A stretch of 64,000 bases of DNA from Mobula hypostoma (Eukaryota): the NCBI RefSeq assembly GCF_963921235.1, contig NC_086108.1, positions 63,986,001 through 64,050,000 on the forward strand, written 5' to 3'. A program made the translations under genes and the position numbers. This document shows, one piece after another, positions 1 to 13,595 of the stretch (its first letter is position 1; each line of letters begins with the position of its first letter). The notes beneath the pieces are model-generated. The model searched no databases. It was not told where the DNA came from and saw only the letters and a list, made by a program, of their open reading frames with translations.

Positions 1-244
1 TGACCAGGGTCCTATATAGCTGCAACTTTATCTCTTGGCTCCTAAGCTCAATTCCATGATTGGTGAAGGCCAATGCACCGTATGCTTTCTTAACCACAGA
101 GTCAACCTGCACAAAAATAAGTTCACAAAATGCCTTACAAGTTTAATTAAAATATAATTTACAAAATTTTTCAATAACTCTTTTAAAAATATTGGAAAAA
201 TTATTGTGACAAAAATCACATAATCATAATGTTTTTAAAAAAAC

Positions 245-701
245 TTAAACACAAGGGATTCTGCAGATGCTGGAAATCCAAAGTAACACATACAAAATGC
301 TGGAAGAACTCAGCAGGTCAGACTTGCATCTATGGTAAGGAATAAAGAGTTCAAGTTTTGGGCTGAGACCCTTCATCAGGACTAGAAAGGAAAGGAGAAG
401 AAACCAGAATAAAAAATGGGGAAGGGGAAGGAGCACAAGCTAGAAGATGATATGTGAAGCCAAGAGGATGGTGGAAGTGTGATGAAGTGAGAAGCTGGGA
501 GATGATAGGTGTAAAAGTTGATAGGAGAGGGGACTGTGGGAGAGAGGGAAAAAGGAGTGCATCAGGAGGAGGTGATAGGCAATTAAGGAGAAGAGCCAGA
601 ATGGGTAATGGAAGAAGAGGGAAGGGGAAGAGGGAGAGGGAAATTTACCAGCAGTTAGAGAAATAGATGTTCATGTCATCAGTTAGGAGGCTACCCAAAT
701 G
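245..701 (-). mobile_element. Penelope-like element (PLE) 3' end, interrupted at ~701 by a CR1
   Basis: Same terminal sequence (ctgcagatgctggaaatcc...tgctggaagaactcagcaggtc...cttcatcagg) as the PLE copy at 17066. 661-700 matches 15135-15170, which encodes the GIY-YIG C-terminus. The sequence resumes at 3194. Confidence 0.75.
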
Positions 702-702
702 T

Positions 703-3193
703 TATGACAATGTTACGGTAGTAATGGGAGGTTTTAACATGCAGGTTGATTGGAAAAATCAGGTTGGTAATGGATCTCAAGAGAATGAGTTTGTTGAATG
801 CCCAAGTGATTTAGAGTAGTTTGTCGTTGAGCCTACTAGGGGATCAGCTATACTGGATTGGGTGTTATGCAATGAACCGGAGGCAATTAGGGAGCTAAGG
901 ATAAAAGAACCCTTAGGAACCAGTGATCACAATATGATTGAGTTCAACTTTAAATTTGATAGAGAGAAAGTAAAATCTGATGTAGCAGTATTTCAGTGGA
1001 GTAAGGGAAATTACAGTGGTACGAGAGAGGATTTGGTCAAAGTAAATTGGAAGGATCTGCTGGCAGGGATGTCAACAGAGCAGCAATGGCGTGCGTTTCT
1101 GGGAAAAATGAGGAAGGTGCAAGACATGTGTATTCCAAAAATGAAGAAATACTCAAATGGTAAAATCATACAACCATGGCTGACAAGGGAAGTCAAAGCT
1201 ATTGTAAAAGCAAAAGAAAGGGCATACAACAAAGCAAAAATTAGTGGGAAGTCAGAGGATTGGGAAGATTTTAAAAACCTACAGAGAGCAACAAGAAAAT
1301 TATTAGAAGGGAAAAGATGAAATATGAAAGCAAGCTAGCAGTTAATATCAAAGTGGATAGTAAAAGATTTTTCAAGTATGTCAAAAATAAAAGAGAAATG
1401 AGAATGGATATAGGACTGCTAGAAAATGAGGCAGGAGAAATAATAACTGGGGACAAGGAGGTGACTGATGAACTAAATGAGTATTTAGCATCATTCTTCA
1501 CTGTGGAAGATACTAGCAGTATGCCTGATGTTGTAGTGTGCGAAGGAAGAGAAGTGGGTGCAGTTACCATTACAAGAGAGAAGGTGCTCAAAAAGCTAAA
1601 AGTCCTAAAGATACATAAGTCACCCGGACCAGATGAACTGCACCCTAGGGTTCTGAAAGAGATAGTGTTAGAGATTGTGGTGGCATTAGAAATGATCTTT
1701 CAAATATCATTGGACTCTTGGCATAGTGCCAGAGGACTGGAAAATTGCAAATGTCACTCCACTCTTTAAGAAAGGAGGAAGGCAGCAGAAGGGATATTAT
1801 AGACCAGTTAGCCTGACCTTAGTGGTTGGGAAGATTTAGAGTCAATTGTTAAGGATGAGGTGATGGAATACTTGGTGACACAGGACAAGATCGTACATAG
1901 TCAGCATGGTTTCCTTCAGGGAAAATCCTGCCTGACAAACCTGTTGGAATTCTTTGAGGAGATTACAAGTAGGATAGATAAAGGGGATACAGTTGATGTT
2001 GTATATTTGGACTTTCAGAAGGCCTTTGACAAGTTGCCACAATGAGGCTGTTTTCTAAGTTAAGAGCCCATGGTGTTACAGGAAAGCTACTAACATGGTT
2101 AGAGCATTGACTGATTGGTAGGAGGCAGCAAGTGGAATTAAAGGATCCTTTTCTGGTTGGCTGCCAGTGACTAATGGTGTTCTGCAGGGGTTGGGGTTGG
2201 GACCACTTCTTTTTATGCTGTGTATAAAATATTTAGATGATAGAATCTTTGTTGCCAAATTTGCAGATGATACGAAGATTGGTGGAGAGGCAGGTTGTGT
2301 TGCAGAAATGGATAGGATGCAGAAGGACTTGGACAGCTTAGGAGAATGGGCAAGAAAGTGGCAAATAAAATACAATGTTGGAAGATACATGGTCATGCAC
2401 TTTGGTGGTGGAAGTAATGTATAGACTATTTTCTAAATGGGCACAAAATCCAAAAATCTGAGATGCAAAGGGACTTGGGAATCCTTGTGCAGAACACCCT
2501 AAAGGTTAACTTGTAGGTTGAGCCAGTGGTGAGGAAGGCAAATGCCATGTTGGCATTCATTTTAAGAGATCTAGAATACAAGAGCAAGGATGTGATGCTG
2601 AGGCTTTATAAGGCACTGGTGAGGCCTCACCTCAAGTATAGTGAACAGTTTTGGGCCCCTCATCTTAGAAAAGATGTGCTGGCTTTGGAGAGGGTTCAGA
2701 GGAGATTCACAAGGATGATTCCAGGAATGAAAGGGTTATCATATGAGGAACATTTGATGGTTCTGGGTCTGTACTCACTGGAATTCAGAAAGATGAGTGG
2801 GGATCTCATTGAAACCTTTCGAATGTTGAAAGGCCTGGACAGAGTAGGTGTGGAAAGGATGTTTCCCATGGAGGGAGAGTCTAGGACAAGAGGGCACAGC
2901 CTTAGGATAGCGGGGCACCCTTTCAAAATGGAAATGTAGAGAAGTTTCCTTAGCCAAAGGATGGTGAATTTGTTGAATTTGTTGCCACATGCAGCTGTGT
3001 ACTGTGGAAGCCAGGCCATTGGGTGTATTTAAGGCAGAGATTGATAGGTTCTTGATTGGACATGACATCAAAGGTTACAGGGAGAAAGCTGGGAACTGGA
3101 GTTGAGGAGGGAAAAAAAAAGGATCAGTCATGATTGAATGGCGGAGCAGACTTGATGGACCAGCTGGCCTAATTCTGCTCCTATGCCTTATCT
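703..3193 (+). mobile_element. 5'-truncated CR1 LINE with decayed ORF2 (endonuclease C-terminal half + RT)
   Basis: ORFs 862-1320 (LGTSDHN), 1317-1769 (KSPGPDELHP), 1860-2045 (QHGF...YLDFQKAFD), 2167-2424 (KFADDTK) and 2526-2939 (LVRPHL...LERVQRRFTRMI). CR1-type 3' end aattctgctcctatg. Confidence 0.95.
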
Positions 3194-3570
3194 AATACGA
3201 GGTGTTCCTCTTCCAAACTTGGAGTGACCTCTTCAGGGCAATAAAGGAGGCCCTGGACCAACATATCGAAATGGGAATGGAGATCAGCATTAAAATGGTT
3301 GCTGGGAAATATTGCTTGTTGCAAATGTAGAGAAGTTCCTTGACAAAGTGATCTCCCAGTCTATGTCAGATCTCATCATTGTAGAGGAGGCTGCAATAAG
3401 AGCACCATATGCAGTAGATGACCCCAACAGAATTGCAGGTGAATTGTTGCCTCACCTGGAAGGACTGTTTAGGGCCCTGAATGGAGGTGAGGGAGAAGGT
3501 GAATGGGCAGGTGTAGCACTTCTGCTTGTAGGGTAAGTGCCAGGAAGGGGATTAGTAGGAAGGGGAATTT
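3194..3570 (-). mobile_element. Continuation of the PLE split by the CR1
   Basis: aatacgaggtgttcctcttccaa continues the PLE sequence broken at 701, by comparison with 15172-15195 and 17446-17750. Confidence 0.7.
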
Positions 3571-3879
3571 TAAAAAATGCAAATTGTAAAGGGTTCTTCA
3601 GATTGCACTGGGTCAATCTCTGATGAGCTTTTTAAAGATAAAATATATATTTATGATCTAATTTGTTCTGCTCTTTTCACAAATGTTCAGAAGAAATTAC
3701 TAGCCACATAGAACTATCATCAGTAATCCTAGCCTGTGGTTCCGAAGATTACAAAAAATCTACAAAGTTATTTCATCCATCAGAAGAACTCAGTAGCATT
3801 AAATCATTCAAGACATTTAACAGTAATATTTGCTCAGAGCCAAATCAAGGTAATAGGTTTAAAGAGTGAATAGCTTGAA

Positions 3880-4120
3880 GATTACAAACCGTGGCCACAT
3901 GGATTTCATCTAGGTGCTCTGGTTCCCTCCTATATCAAAAAAGGGTGGGTAAGTAGATTAATTTGCTTATGTAAATTGCCTTTAGAGTGTATGTGAGTTG
4001 CTGAAAAGGTGAGGAAGTAGATGAGATTGGAGGGTGAATGAAAAAAATGGAATTAAATTGAGGTTAATGTAAATGAGTGATTGATGGTACAGAATCAGTG
4101 GGCCAAAAGGTCTGTTACTT
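3880..4120 (+). mobile_element. Decayed V-SINE-like element
   Basis: ggtgctctggttccctcct resembles the V-domain seen in the copy at 16390, and the tail is gggccaaaaggtctgtt. Boundaries approximate. Confidence 0.45.
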
Positions 4121-7078
4121 GCTGCCTCTTTTTCTCTCTGTCTTTATGATTTATTATAATTGCATACATGAACTGTACATTTTTTAAAAAACGTTGTATG
4201 ATAATATCAGCATCCTTCTCCATATTGTACCCCCTGAGAAACCAATCCATTTTGAAATGAGTGCCATGAGTTATCACAGATGTCAGCCATCTTGGAAAAA
4301 TGATCATATGAACAGAAAACACTGGAAATATTCCTCAGGTCATTCTGCATCTGTGACAAGAGAAACAGAGTGAACATTGACATAACAATAGTGCACCTTC
4401 ACCTTGTAGTGTTAATTCTAATTCACTTCCCTTAGCCTAATCTACTTCCAACCTTTTATATTTCTATTTTAAATTTCCAACATCTGCAGGTTTATTTTAA
4501 ATTTTTATCACCTTGCAGCTGTGTTCACTCCTTATAAGTAACCATAGGAACAAATGTAACCAGGCTATTCATATGAAGGGTATTAAAACTGGAGTGAATG
4601 CTCTAGTCACTGGGTCCTAATACTTTTCTAAAGAAGTAAGTGTCATAGAGTCATAGAACATGGATGTAGGTACTTTGGTCAACAGAGTTCTTGCCAACTA
4701 TCAAGAACGAGTGGATAACAATAAGAATTCATTCCTACTCTACTCTGTTGAGGTGATGTGGATCATTTCTGAATCAGTCACACAACACATGCTATGGTTG
4801 GGTTTAGATTGTTCTATATAGTATAATGCAGTGAATTTATAATATTGAACAAATGCATTTTAATATTCTCACAGTGAATAAGCTACATTTTGTTTTTGAT
4901 GCTCAATTAAGAATGTGGAACTTAAATATATTTAACTTGTACTTATTTAGTTTTTTTATGTTCTCTCAACATTTCAAGAACATCTGAGCTAAGAAGTTAT
5001 TAATGAGATTGTGCTCGGTTATGTGGGTGTAATTCTATCTTCAAGCCAAAACATGTAGGGATTGAATAGGGCTGAAAACCAGGAGAACTGGTCTTTAAAT
5101 TCTAGGCTGATGTGACAAGTAGGCCATAATATGAAAAAAAGTGAGAATTTTCATTTTAGCAGGAAAGACAGAAAAGCAGGATATTTCAATTAGTGAAAAA
5201 AAAGGAAAATCTAGATATACAGACTGAAGCTATTTACCCCATCGAGTCTTAGTCTGTGTACAACCACAGAAAATAGGCATGCAAGTATAAATGGCAATAA
5301 GGAAAGAAAATGAATTGAGATAAAATTAAGGAAGTTCTGCTGAGACTGAGAATGAGATGTTAGTACCAGGGGAGTAATCATAGCCTTAGAAGCCAGCTAC
5401 TCCAAACTTAGGTGATTTCTTCACATATGGGTTAGTGGATTTTAAGAAAACCCCCAATATCCTCTGCTTCAGAAAGATGGGGATGTTGAGTTGTTGATTC
5501 TATTCAAGGCTGATATCAATGATTAGATTTAATGGGACTCTGAGGATTTGGAAATTAAGCTGCAAAGTAGACAGGAGCCATGGATTTAGCCATAATTGCA
5601 ATTGATGCTGGAGCAGAGCTGGAGGGAGACAACTCCTTCTCCCATTTCTTATGCTGGTCAGATACCTTACACTAAAACCCATTCCCTTCCACTGTTCATC
5701 CTATAGGTTATAGTAACTGTGTAGGACTGACAATTTTACTGTCTTGCATGGAGGTAGTTATAACATGGAAGTAGTGTTCACTTTGTAGCTTTTCGGAGTG
5801 TTAATCAATCTGCAAAATGCTCCATTACTTTGCACTATTCTCTAAGGGAAGAGTGTGAAGTTAGAAAATCAACAACTGTTGTAATATAGACAAATGTGAC
5901 AACTAATTTGTACAAACAGAAACACAATAAATAAACAGTTTTATTTAATGGCATTATTTGAGATATGTTGCCAAAGAAAGAGAAACTTCCTCTACTGCGG
6001 AGTACCTCTGTGAGATTCCCTGTGGCCACCTGAAACAGCCGACTCAATACATGTTTGAAAGATGGCACCATTCCTCAATCTTCCTCTTATGGCCAGATCT
6101 TCCTGGTGTCCTCATCCCATAATCCAGAGCTGCTATCCAGCCTCACTGTGCGTGACCTAATGTAAAGCAAAACTGAAAATGTTAAAATCTTGCCTTAAAA
6201 ATAAAAGCCATTTTATACAGATTAATAATTTTAAAAGATTAAAGTAAATTAATTTAAATAGTCTAACATCTTTCCATTTACCAACTAATTGAAGCTCGAG
6301 AAACCCCATTGAAATCACTAAAGTGATTCTTATGCACAACCCTAGATACAATTTACCTGTGTAATGCTAGAAACCTTGTCATTAGAGTTCACGTGCATTC
6401 TGCTGGCACATCTGGACCTTTTGTGTTTGACAATGCATGTGTGTGTTTCAGACTTTAATAGCTGTTTGAACAGTTCAGCAATAACATTGGCCTTATATTC
6501 AATTCACTGGATATATATTCGATGCTTATTTTCAAATGAGGGCCACATGAAAATAGTTCCCTATATGAGTAAAACTGAATCTACACAGGTCTGTTAGTCA
6601 CTCTTTGAGTTCTCTTTTGCTTCGCTCTTATCACTCTAAAGCAGTGCTTCTATCAACTCAGTAGGATATTTGATGGTAATCAATATACCAAGTGAGGGAG
6701 CAAAATATTCAAACCAAATCACTATATATAAATCAATTTAAAACATTCCTTTCTTGCTGGAGAATGTGGATCAACCTGGCACATAGACTCTCAAAACTGC
6801 AAGTTACAATAGGGCAAGCACCATTAACTCACCATTGACAGGTATCACAAGGAGTCTCATAAACTTTGGCACACTCATTGTCAGAAGTTTCCAGCCATAT
6901 CTCTGCATACACTTGGCATGCTTCTTCCTCACTAAGTTTAAAGACTTAACGTTCAGTAGCCTGTAAAGACCTTGAACTTTTTCAAGCATTAATATAGCCA
7001 TCCAGACTAATGCCTGAAAAAGTTCGAGGTCTTTTGGAGTAATTCTCTTGCAACAAATGAGGCACTACCTTAAAAAGG

Positions 7079-8797
7079 TTCGAACAAATTTGCAAGATTC
7101 GAACAGAAAAGGAGCGTCCCACTCCCTCCGGATGAACTGGACCTGGTGGCATCGAGATTCATCGTCACCGAGGAGGATGTTAGACGGGCCTTCCTGAAGA
7201 TAAATCCAAGGAAGGTGACGGGCCCAGATGGCGTCCCAGGACGGGTTCTCCAGGCCTGTGCAAGTGAGCTAGCTGGAGTGTTTGTTGACATCTTCAACCG
7301 CTCCTTGCTTCAGTCTAAGATCCCCTCGTGTTTTAAGAAGGCAACGATAATCCCAGTGCCGAAGGAGAGCAAGGTGGCATGCCTGAATGACTATCGACCT
7401 GTTGCTCTGACATCAATTGCTATGAAGTGCTTCGAGAGATTGGTTATGGCACACATCAACCACAGCCTACCAGTCAACCTCGACGCTTTGCAATTCGCCT
7501 ACCGGAGCAACAGGTCAACGGCAGATGCCGTCTCTCTGGCCCTACATTCCTCCTTAGAACATCTAGAGAATAAAGACGCATACGAAAGGCTCCATTTCAT
7601 TGACAACTCTGCCCTTAATACCATCATTCCAAATAAACTGATTCCTAAGCTCCGGAACCTAGGCCTTAGCACTCAGATCTGCAGCTGGATCTTCAACTTC
7701 CTCACAGACAGGACCCAGGCTGTAAAAATAGGGGACAAGCTCTCCTCTACAATCACTCTGAGCACCGGTGCCCCACAAGGTTGTGAACTCAGCCCCCTGC
7801 TGTACTCACTGTACACCCATGATTGTGTAGCCAAGTTTCCATCAAACTGAATATGTAAGTTTGCTGATGACACAACAATCGTAAGCCATATCTCAGGTAA
7901 TAATGAGTTTGAGTACAGAGAGGAAATTAAGAACCTGGTGGCATGGTGCAAAGACAATAACCTATCCCTCAACATCAGCAAGACAAAGGAATTGGTTGTT
8001 GACTTCAGAAGGAGTAGCGGACCGCACGACCCAATTTACATCGGTGATGTGCAAGTGGAACAGGTGAAAAGCTTTAAGTTCCTCGGGGTTAATATCACAA
8101 ATGACCTGACTTGGTCCAACCAAGCAGAATTCACTGCCAAGAAGGCCCACCAGCGCCTTTACTTCCTAAGAAAACTAAAGAAACTTGGCCTGTCCCCTAA
8201 ATCTCTCACTAATTTTTATAGATGCACCGTAGAAAGCATTCTTCTAGGGTGCATCACAACCTGGTATGGAAGTTGTCCTGTCCAAGACCGAAAGAAGCTG
8301 CAGAAGATTGTGAACACGGCACAGCACATCACACAAACCAATCTTCTGTCCTTGGACTCACTTTACACCGCACGCTGTCAGAGCAGTGCTGCCAGGATAA
8401 TCAAGGACACGACCCACCCAGCCAACACACTTTTCATCCCTCTTCCCTCCGGGAGAAGGCTCAGGAGCTTGAAGACTCATACGGCCAGATTTGGGAACAG
8501 CTTCTTTCCAACTGTGATAAGACTGCTGAACGGATCCTGACCCGGATCTGGGCCATACCCTCCAAATATCTGGACCTGCTTCTCGGTTTTTTTGCACTAC
8601 CTTACTTTCCATTTTTCTATTTTCTATTTATGATTTATAATTTAAATTTTTAATATTTACTAATTTTAACTAGTTTTAATATTTTTAATATTTAATATTT
8701 GTAATCCAGGGAGTGTGAAGCGCAGAATCAAATATCGCTGTGATGATTGTACATTCTAGTACCAATTGTTTGGCGACAATAAAGTATAAAGTATATA
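7079..8797 (+). mobile_element. 5'-truncated Rex1/Babar LINE (RT and C-terminus)
   Basis: ORFs 7146-7850 (GPDGVPG, LNDYRPVALTS, QFAYR, GAPQG) and 7938-8540 (HQRLYFLRKL, RFGNSFFPTVIRLLN), with KFADD at ~7857. (TAAAGTA)n tail. TSD AAAAAGG at 7072-7078 and 8798-8804. Confidence 0.95.
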
Positions 8798-10223
8798 AAA
8801 AAGGAAATATTTCTCTCTCCAGGGAATTTCTTCTGCTCCTTTTTCTGACACATTTCCAACTTATGAACTTTTGTGCATCAAAGAAGAAAGTTCTCTTTAC
8901 CGTGACAACTTTTCTCATCCAACTCTGTTTTGCTTATAATGTTCCTTAGCTCTGTACCTTGTTTTCTTTAGTTCTTCGTTTAGTCTCTCACACATTAGAC
9001 TGAGCAAGCCCTTCATCGATACTGCACTGATATCGAACCTCAGACACTAGAATTGAGCAGAGGACAGCATGAATTAATCATCTAGCTGATGCCTTCAATG
9101 TGTAGCTCTGTGATTCAAAGGACCAGGCATTATTAAAATTTATTTTCCCAGTGCATTTCAATCTGTTAGACTTTAGAGGGATTTTGTGCAAAATGCAAGA
9201 GGACTACAGTGTAAATCCAATACCAGTGCATGAACATGAATGCTACACATTCCATTAAATGCTTCAACATTTAACCAGTGTATGAGGTTCTCCATTGAAA
9301 ACAGGCAGATACTTGGGACAGTTGTATCAAGCTCCAAAAAAAGTGGCAGAAGTCAAGCGGAAGGGAACCAGTCAGTGACATACTATCACTTTTGTCAAGC
9401 TACTATCCGAGCTACTTTCAGAACAAAGGTTCTGAAATTTGATGCCGCTATTCCCTATTTTATCTCATTGTCTATTAACCTCACTCAGCTTTTGTTTTAT
9501 CCTGTAAACGTTATGTCACTTTTTTAAGCTGAGCATGCATCTCATTATTTTTCTTCTTTTTTTTTCAATTCTGAAGATCTACATGTCAGCTTGGCTCTTC
9601 AAAGAGTTTTCACAATAAACATGAGTCTGATCCAATGGCACTGTCAGATCCAGGGCATGCTTTACTTATGGATTAGCAGCTGTGATCTGACCTTTACAAA
9701 ATCACAATACACTTTCTCATTAAATCAGCTAACATGCAAGGTCCAGATGTCTTCAATTAAGATCAGTATTGCATTTCAACCAACAGTAAAATTCTTTAGT
9801 TGTATTTATGGTTGATTCCTTAGTGAGCAATAAAAATAAACTTCTAATATTTTCATTTCATTGGAATCGTTATGCAGAACCTTTATGTTCTACTTCTGGA
9901 CCTCAGTAGCAAGTAACAACAATTCAAAATGCCATATGAACATTATTTAAAGACAAGGCATTTAGATCCAAGCTGGTTGATAAATCTCATAAATACTTCA
10001 CTACCTAAGCTATCACCTGCTTTGACCATCATTGTTCTCAGTCTCTGCAACAAGCTCCATTCTCCTATCTAAAATACTATTGCTCCCACATTCAGAGTTG
10101 TTGGTTGAGCAAGACTATTTTCAATCACCAGGACTTGCTTGACAGACAGTTCCTGACTCAATAATGACTCCATCTCAAAATCCAGCAATTCTACCACCAT
10201 AACGTTGCCTCCTTGCTCCTTTG

Positions 10224-11031
10224 TGTAACATCCTGGTTAAGATTTTTACTGCTGTGCTGTAGGTGTTTCATTTTAGCAGTTCTGTAAGAGCAGTCTGTTC
10301 TGCATTTAGCATGTTTGGCTTTGAGCTAAAGATAAGGGGGTATGTTGTTCAACTTAGGAATGTTGTGTCAGCCAATCAAGATTGTGGAATTGTTAGAAGG
10401 TTCTAGAGAAAGCTAGGTGGAGAGTTTTTTGTGACAGACACTGTGTGGGTCGAGGTCTTTTTTGGTGGGAGCTGGGAGACGACAGGATTGCTGAGGATGC
10501 CATCCCTGTTGTACAGGGTGCTTTGTGCAGATGAATGGCTTCAAGGAGGAATGACCAATACACCCATGGGGGAGCCCATTTGTTCGAGATGGACTTTTAA
10601 GCGACATTCGAACGGTAGTATATGCTTTCACGCAGACTGTAGGTCCAGTGTGTGAGTTAAAGACAACTTCAGTATGAACTCCAACTTATGTGCACATTTG
10701 TACTGGGTTAACTGTAATGGGCCCTTTTATTTATTTTTTCTTTTCTCCTACCAATGGTTCGATAAAGCTGAAATTTGTAACTATACTTCCTTTATAATTA
10801 TATGTAGAGTACGATCTGTTATTTTTTGCCAATGGCTAATTGCATGGGGCAGTACTTACACAGTATTTGCGCAGTATTTACACAGTATTTGCAGAGATCA
10901 GGGTCCAGGTAGTCAAGACACTCCAACTTCTCAGTTTTGATTGGACCCAAATCATACTGACCCCAGACGTACGGAGTCTGAGAAAGTTAATGAGCCGCAT
11001 CTCTAGAGACGCCCAGTAAAAAGGGGTTTCA
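10224..11031. mobile_element. Solo-LTR-like element
   Basis: TG...CA termini with imperfect inverted ends (TGTAACATCC / GGGGTTTCA), ~808 bp, non-coding, with an internal CCAAT box. No clean TSD recovered. Confidence 0.55.
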
Positions 11032-12039
11032 CTGGCCTTAGGTCACCTGTAGCAAAAACCATGATTCAGGTATCAATATGGCTATCTAGACCTCAATACT
11101 GCAATACCTCCCTTCCTCCATATTCCAGAGATGGGACTTCAGTCAAACATCTGTCCTTATAATCATAACTTGCCCCATGCCATTCATTCATTTCCCTACA
11201 CAAAATGGTCTGCCTGCATTGTCAGCCATGATTACTCCCATCCTTGAGCAAAATCTTTCTGTGCCTTCTTCTCCAGTTTACACAATCCCTTCCTTCATCT
11301 CTCTGCGTGCCTCCACTTCTGTCCTCTAGTGCATCTGCTTCTGGCTCATTACATCTCCAATGAGTAAGGTCAGTTTCCATGGCAAAATTATCTCCATGTG
11401 TATCCAACTGGCACGGCTATAAGACTGGATAATGAGCTTGCAAATACTTCAGTTTAGACACTGATTTTTGCCAAATCCTGTCTAATTGTTTTCTTAGTGA
11501 TTTGAGTTACTTGTTTCAATTGCTCTTTCTAGTTAGGACAGATGTCTTTTACTGCCTGGTCAGACTAAGTAGTGACACTGTTTTTTTTAAAGAATGTCAC
11601 CAAACACAAGAAGAATTTCAAACTTTTCAAACTGGTATGATCTATAAATTAAAAAAATATGGATTTCAACTTTACAGTGCAGCTGGCTTCCTCACAGAGC
11701 CAGAAACTTGACTTCAGTTGCTGTATAAGTGGGTTTCCCCCAGGTTATCCAATTTCCTCCCACATCACAAACACATGCAGTTAAATGGCCACTGAAATTT
11801 GTCCGTCTTACATAGGAGAATGGTAGAATCTAGAAGTAATGATGAGATTATAGAGAGAATTAAGAAAATATTGAATTAATGAGGAATGGGTGGAAATATA
11901 TCATCAATGGGCTTGGTGGACTGAAGTCATCAAAGATCTCTTGATGACTTTATAACCTCTGACTTTTTAACCAGCTACTTTGTTCTTCACAAAAAAAGGT
12001 TCTCCTAAGTGGCTACCATTGCCACCCTGCGAAATAAGT

Positions 12040-13595
12040 GCTGGCTGTTTAACCTATCAATGCTTCTCTTAAGTTTATACTGCTCTATACAGTCACCTCT
12101 CATTCTCCTTCACTCCAAAGAAGAAAAAGCACCCTAGTTTGCTCAACATTTCCTCAAAAGACATATTCTCTAATCCAGGCAGCATCCTGGTAAATCTCCT
12201 CTGCACCCTTTCTAAAGCTTCCTACAATGAAACAACCAGAATGGAACACAATACTCCAATAATTTTGTAGAGCTGCAACATTGCCTAGTGGCTCTTAAAC
12301 TCAGTCACCCAGCTACTGGAGGCCAGTACAACATACCCTATCAACTTGTGCAGCAGTGATGAGGGGTCTATGAACTTGGTCCCCAAGATCCCTCTGTTCC
12401 TCCACACTGCTACGAATCCTGCCATTATATCAAGACGGCACAGATCTGTGGTCTCATTCAAGGTTGTGGCTTAGACTTAACTGTTTTTAAGGTTTGTAGG
12501 GATGGATTTGGGGATAGAGATGGAAGTTAGAGGACCAGGTTATGGTTTAGGCACGAGGATGTGGGAAGTTAGATGACAGGCTGCATTCCATGCTCTGCAT
12601 TTGAAGGCCAGTATTGTCAAGGTGCGACAAAGAACATCCACAGTCAGATGTTGGGCCAGCAGACAAATGGGGATGATTGCTGGAGCCACTGCCCAACCCT
12701 CCACCCTCTACCAAGGTCAGCAAGTCATCTGGGATCAGAGGCCCATACGGTCAGTGGGCAAGGGGGCCAGTGATCTCTTTGGTACATGAGTCAGTGAGAC
12801 CAGAGTTTGAGGTCTGAAGTTTGGGGTCCATATTCATTTCCATCGATGAGTTCTGGGGTTGATACCGAAGACCGAAGCCCGAACATCAAGGCCCAATGGC
12901 TGGAGTCCTGATGTCCCAATGTGAATTTGCAAGACCATTGGATGCTGGATGTTGGAGGCTGGAGGCATCCTGTCCTGGATTTGGAGGAATAAGTGAGTGA
13001 GTGTGAGTGAGTGTGAGTGTGAGTGTGTGTGTGTGTGTTGGAGAGTGGAACGGGGCTAGGTGTGCTGTTGTTTTGTTGCTTATTGTGTTCAGTGTTGTTC
13101 TGCTGAGTAATGAGGGCATGCTATGTTGGTGCCAAAATGTGGGAAGGTACTTGCATGCTGCCCCCAGCATATCCTTAGATTTTGTTGGTTCTTAACAACA
13201 CATTTTCCTGTATTTTTCAATGTACATATGATAAATAAATGAATGTGAATCTGAATTAACTTGTACTCCGCCTTGAAGTTCAACCTTCGAAAGTGTGTCA
13301 CTTCAGACTTTACTGGATTGAACTCCATCTGGCAATTCTCAGTTCAGCTCCGCATTCTGTGTGCATCCTGGTGTAACCTACAACGACCTTCTACACTATC
13401 CACAACATCTACAACCTTTAAGCCATCTGTAAACTTACTAACTCCTTTCCACTTCGTCATAAAGAGCAGAGGTCGTAGATCAGATTCCTGTGGAACACCA
13501 ACGTTCACTGTCATCCAGGCAGAATACGCTCCCTTAACTATCACCCTCTGTGGGCAAGTCAATTCCAAATCCATGAGGCCAAGTTTCCAAAGATA
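12040..13595 (-). mobile_element. Decayed CR1 fragment interrupted by an insertion at ~12430-13257
   Basis: ORF 13344-13613 (GVPQESDLRPLLF...SKFTDG) and ORF 13089-13328 (MEFNPVKSEVTHF). CR1 3' coding remnants at 12100-12430. Confidence 0.8.
12430..13257 (+). mobile_element. Non-autonomous retroposon containing a (GT/GA)n microsatellite
   Basis: Interrupts the CR1, begins caagacggc, and ends ataaataaatgaatgtgaatctgaat (poly(A) signal plus short-repeat tail). Confidence 0.55.

Noticed and set aside
6357..6561. Minus-strand coding exon with a strong branch point and CAG|gtaaat donor
   Set aside because: All three frames contain a stop between the splice signals; it could only be terminal or non-coding and is unsupported.
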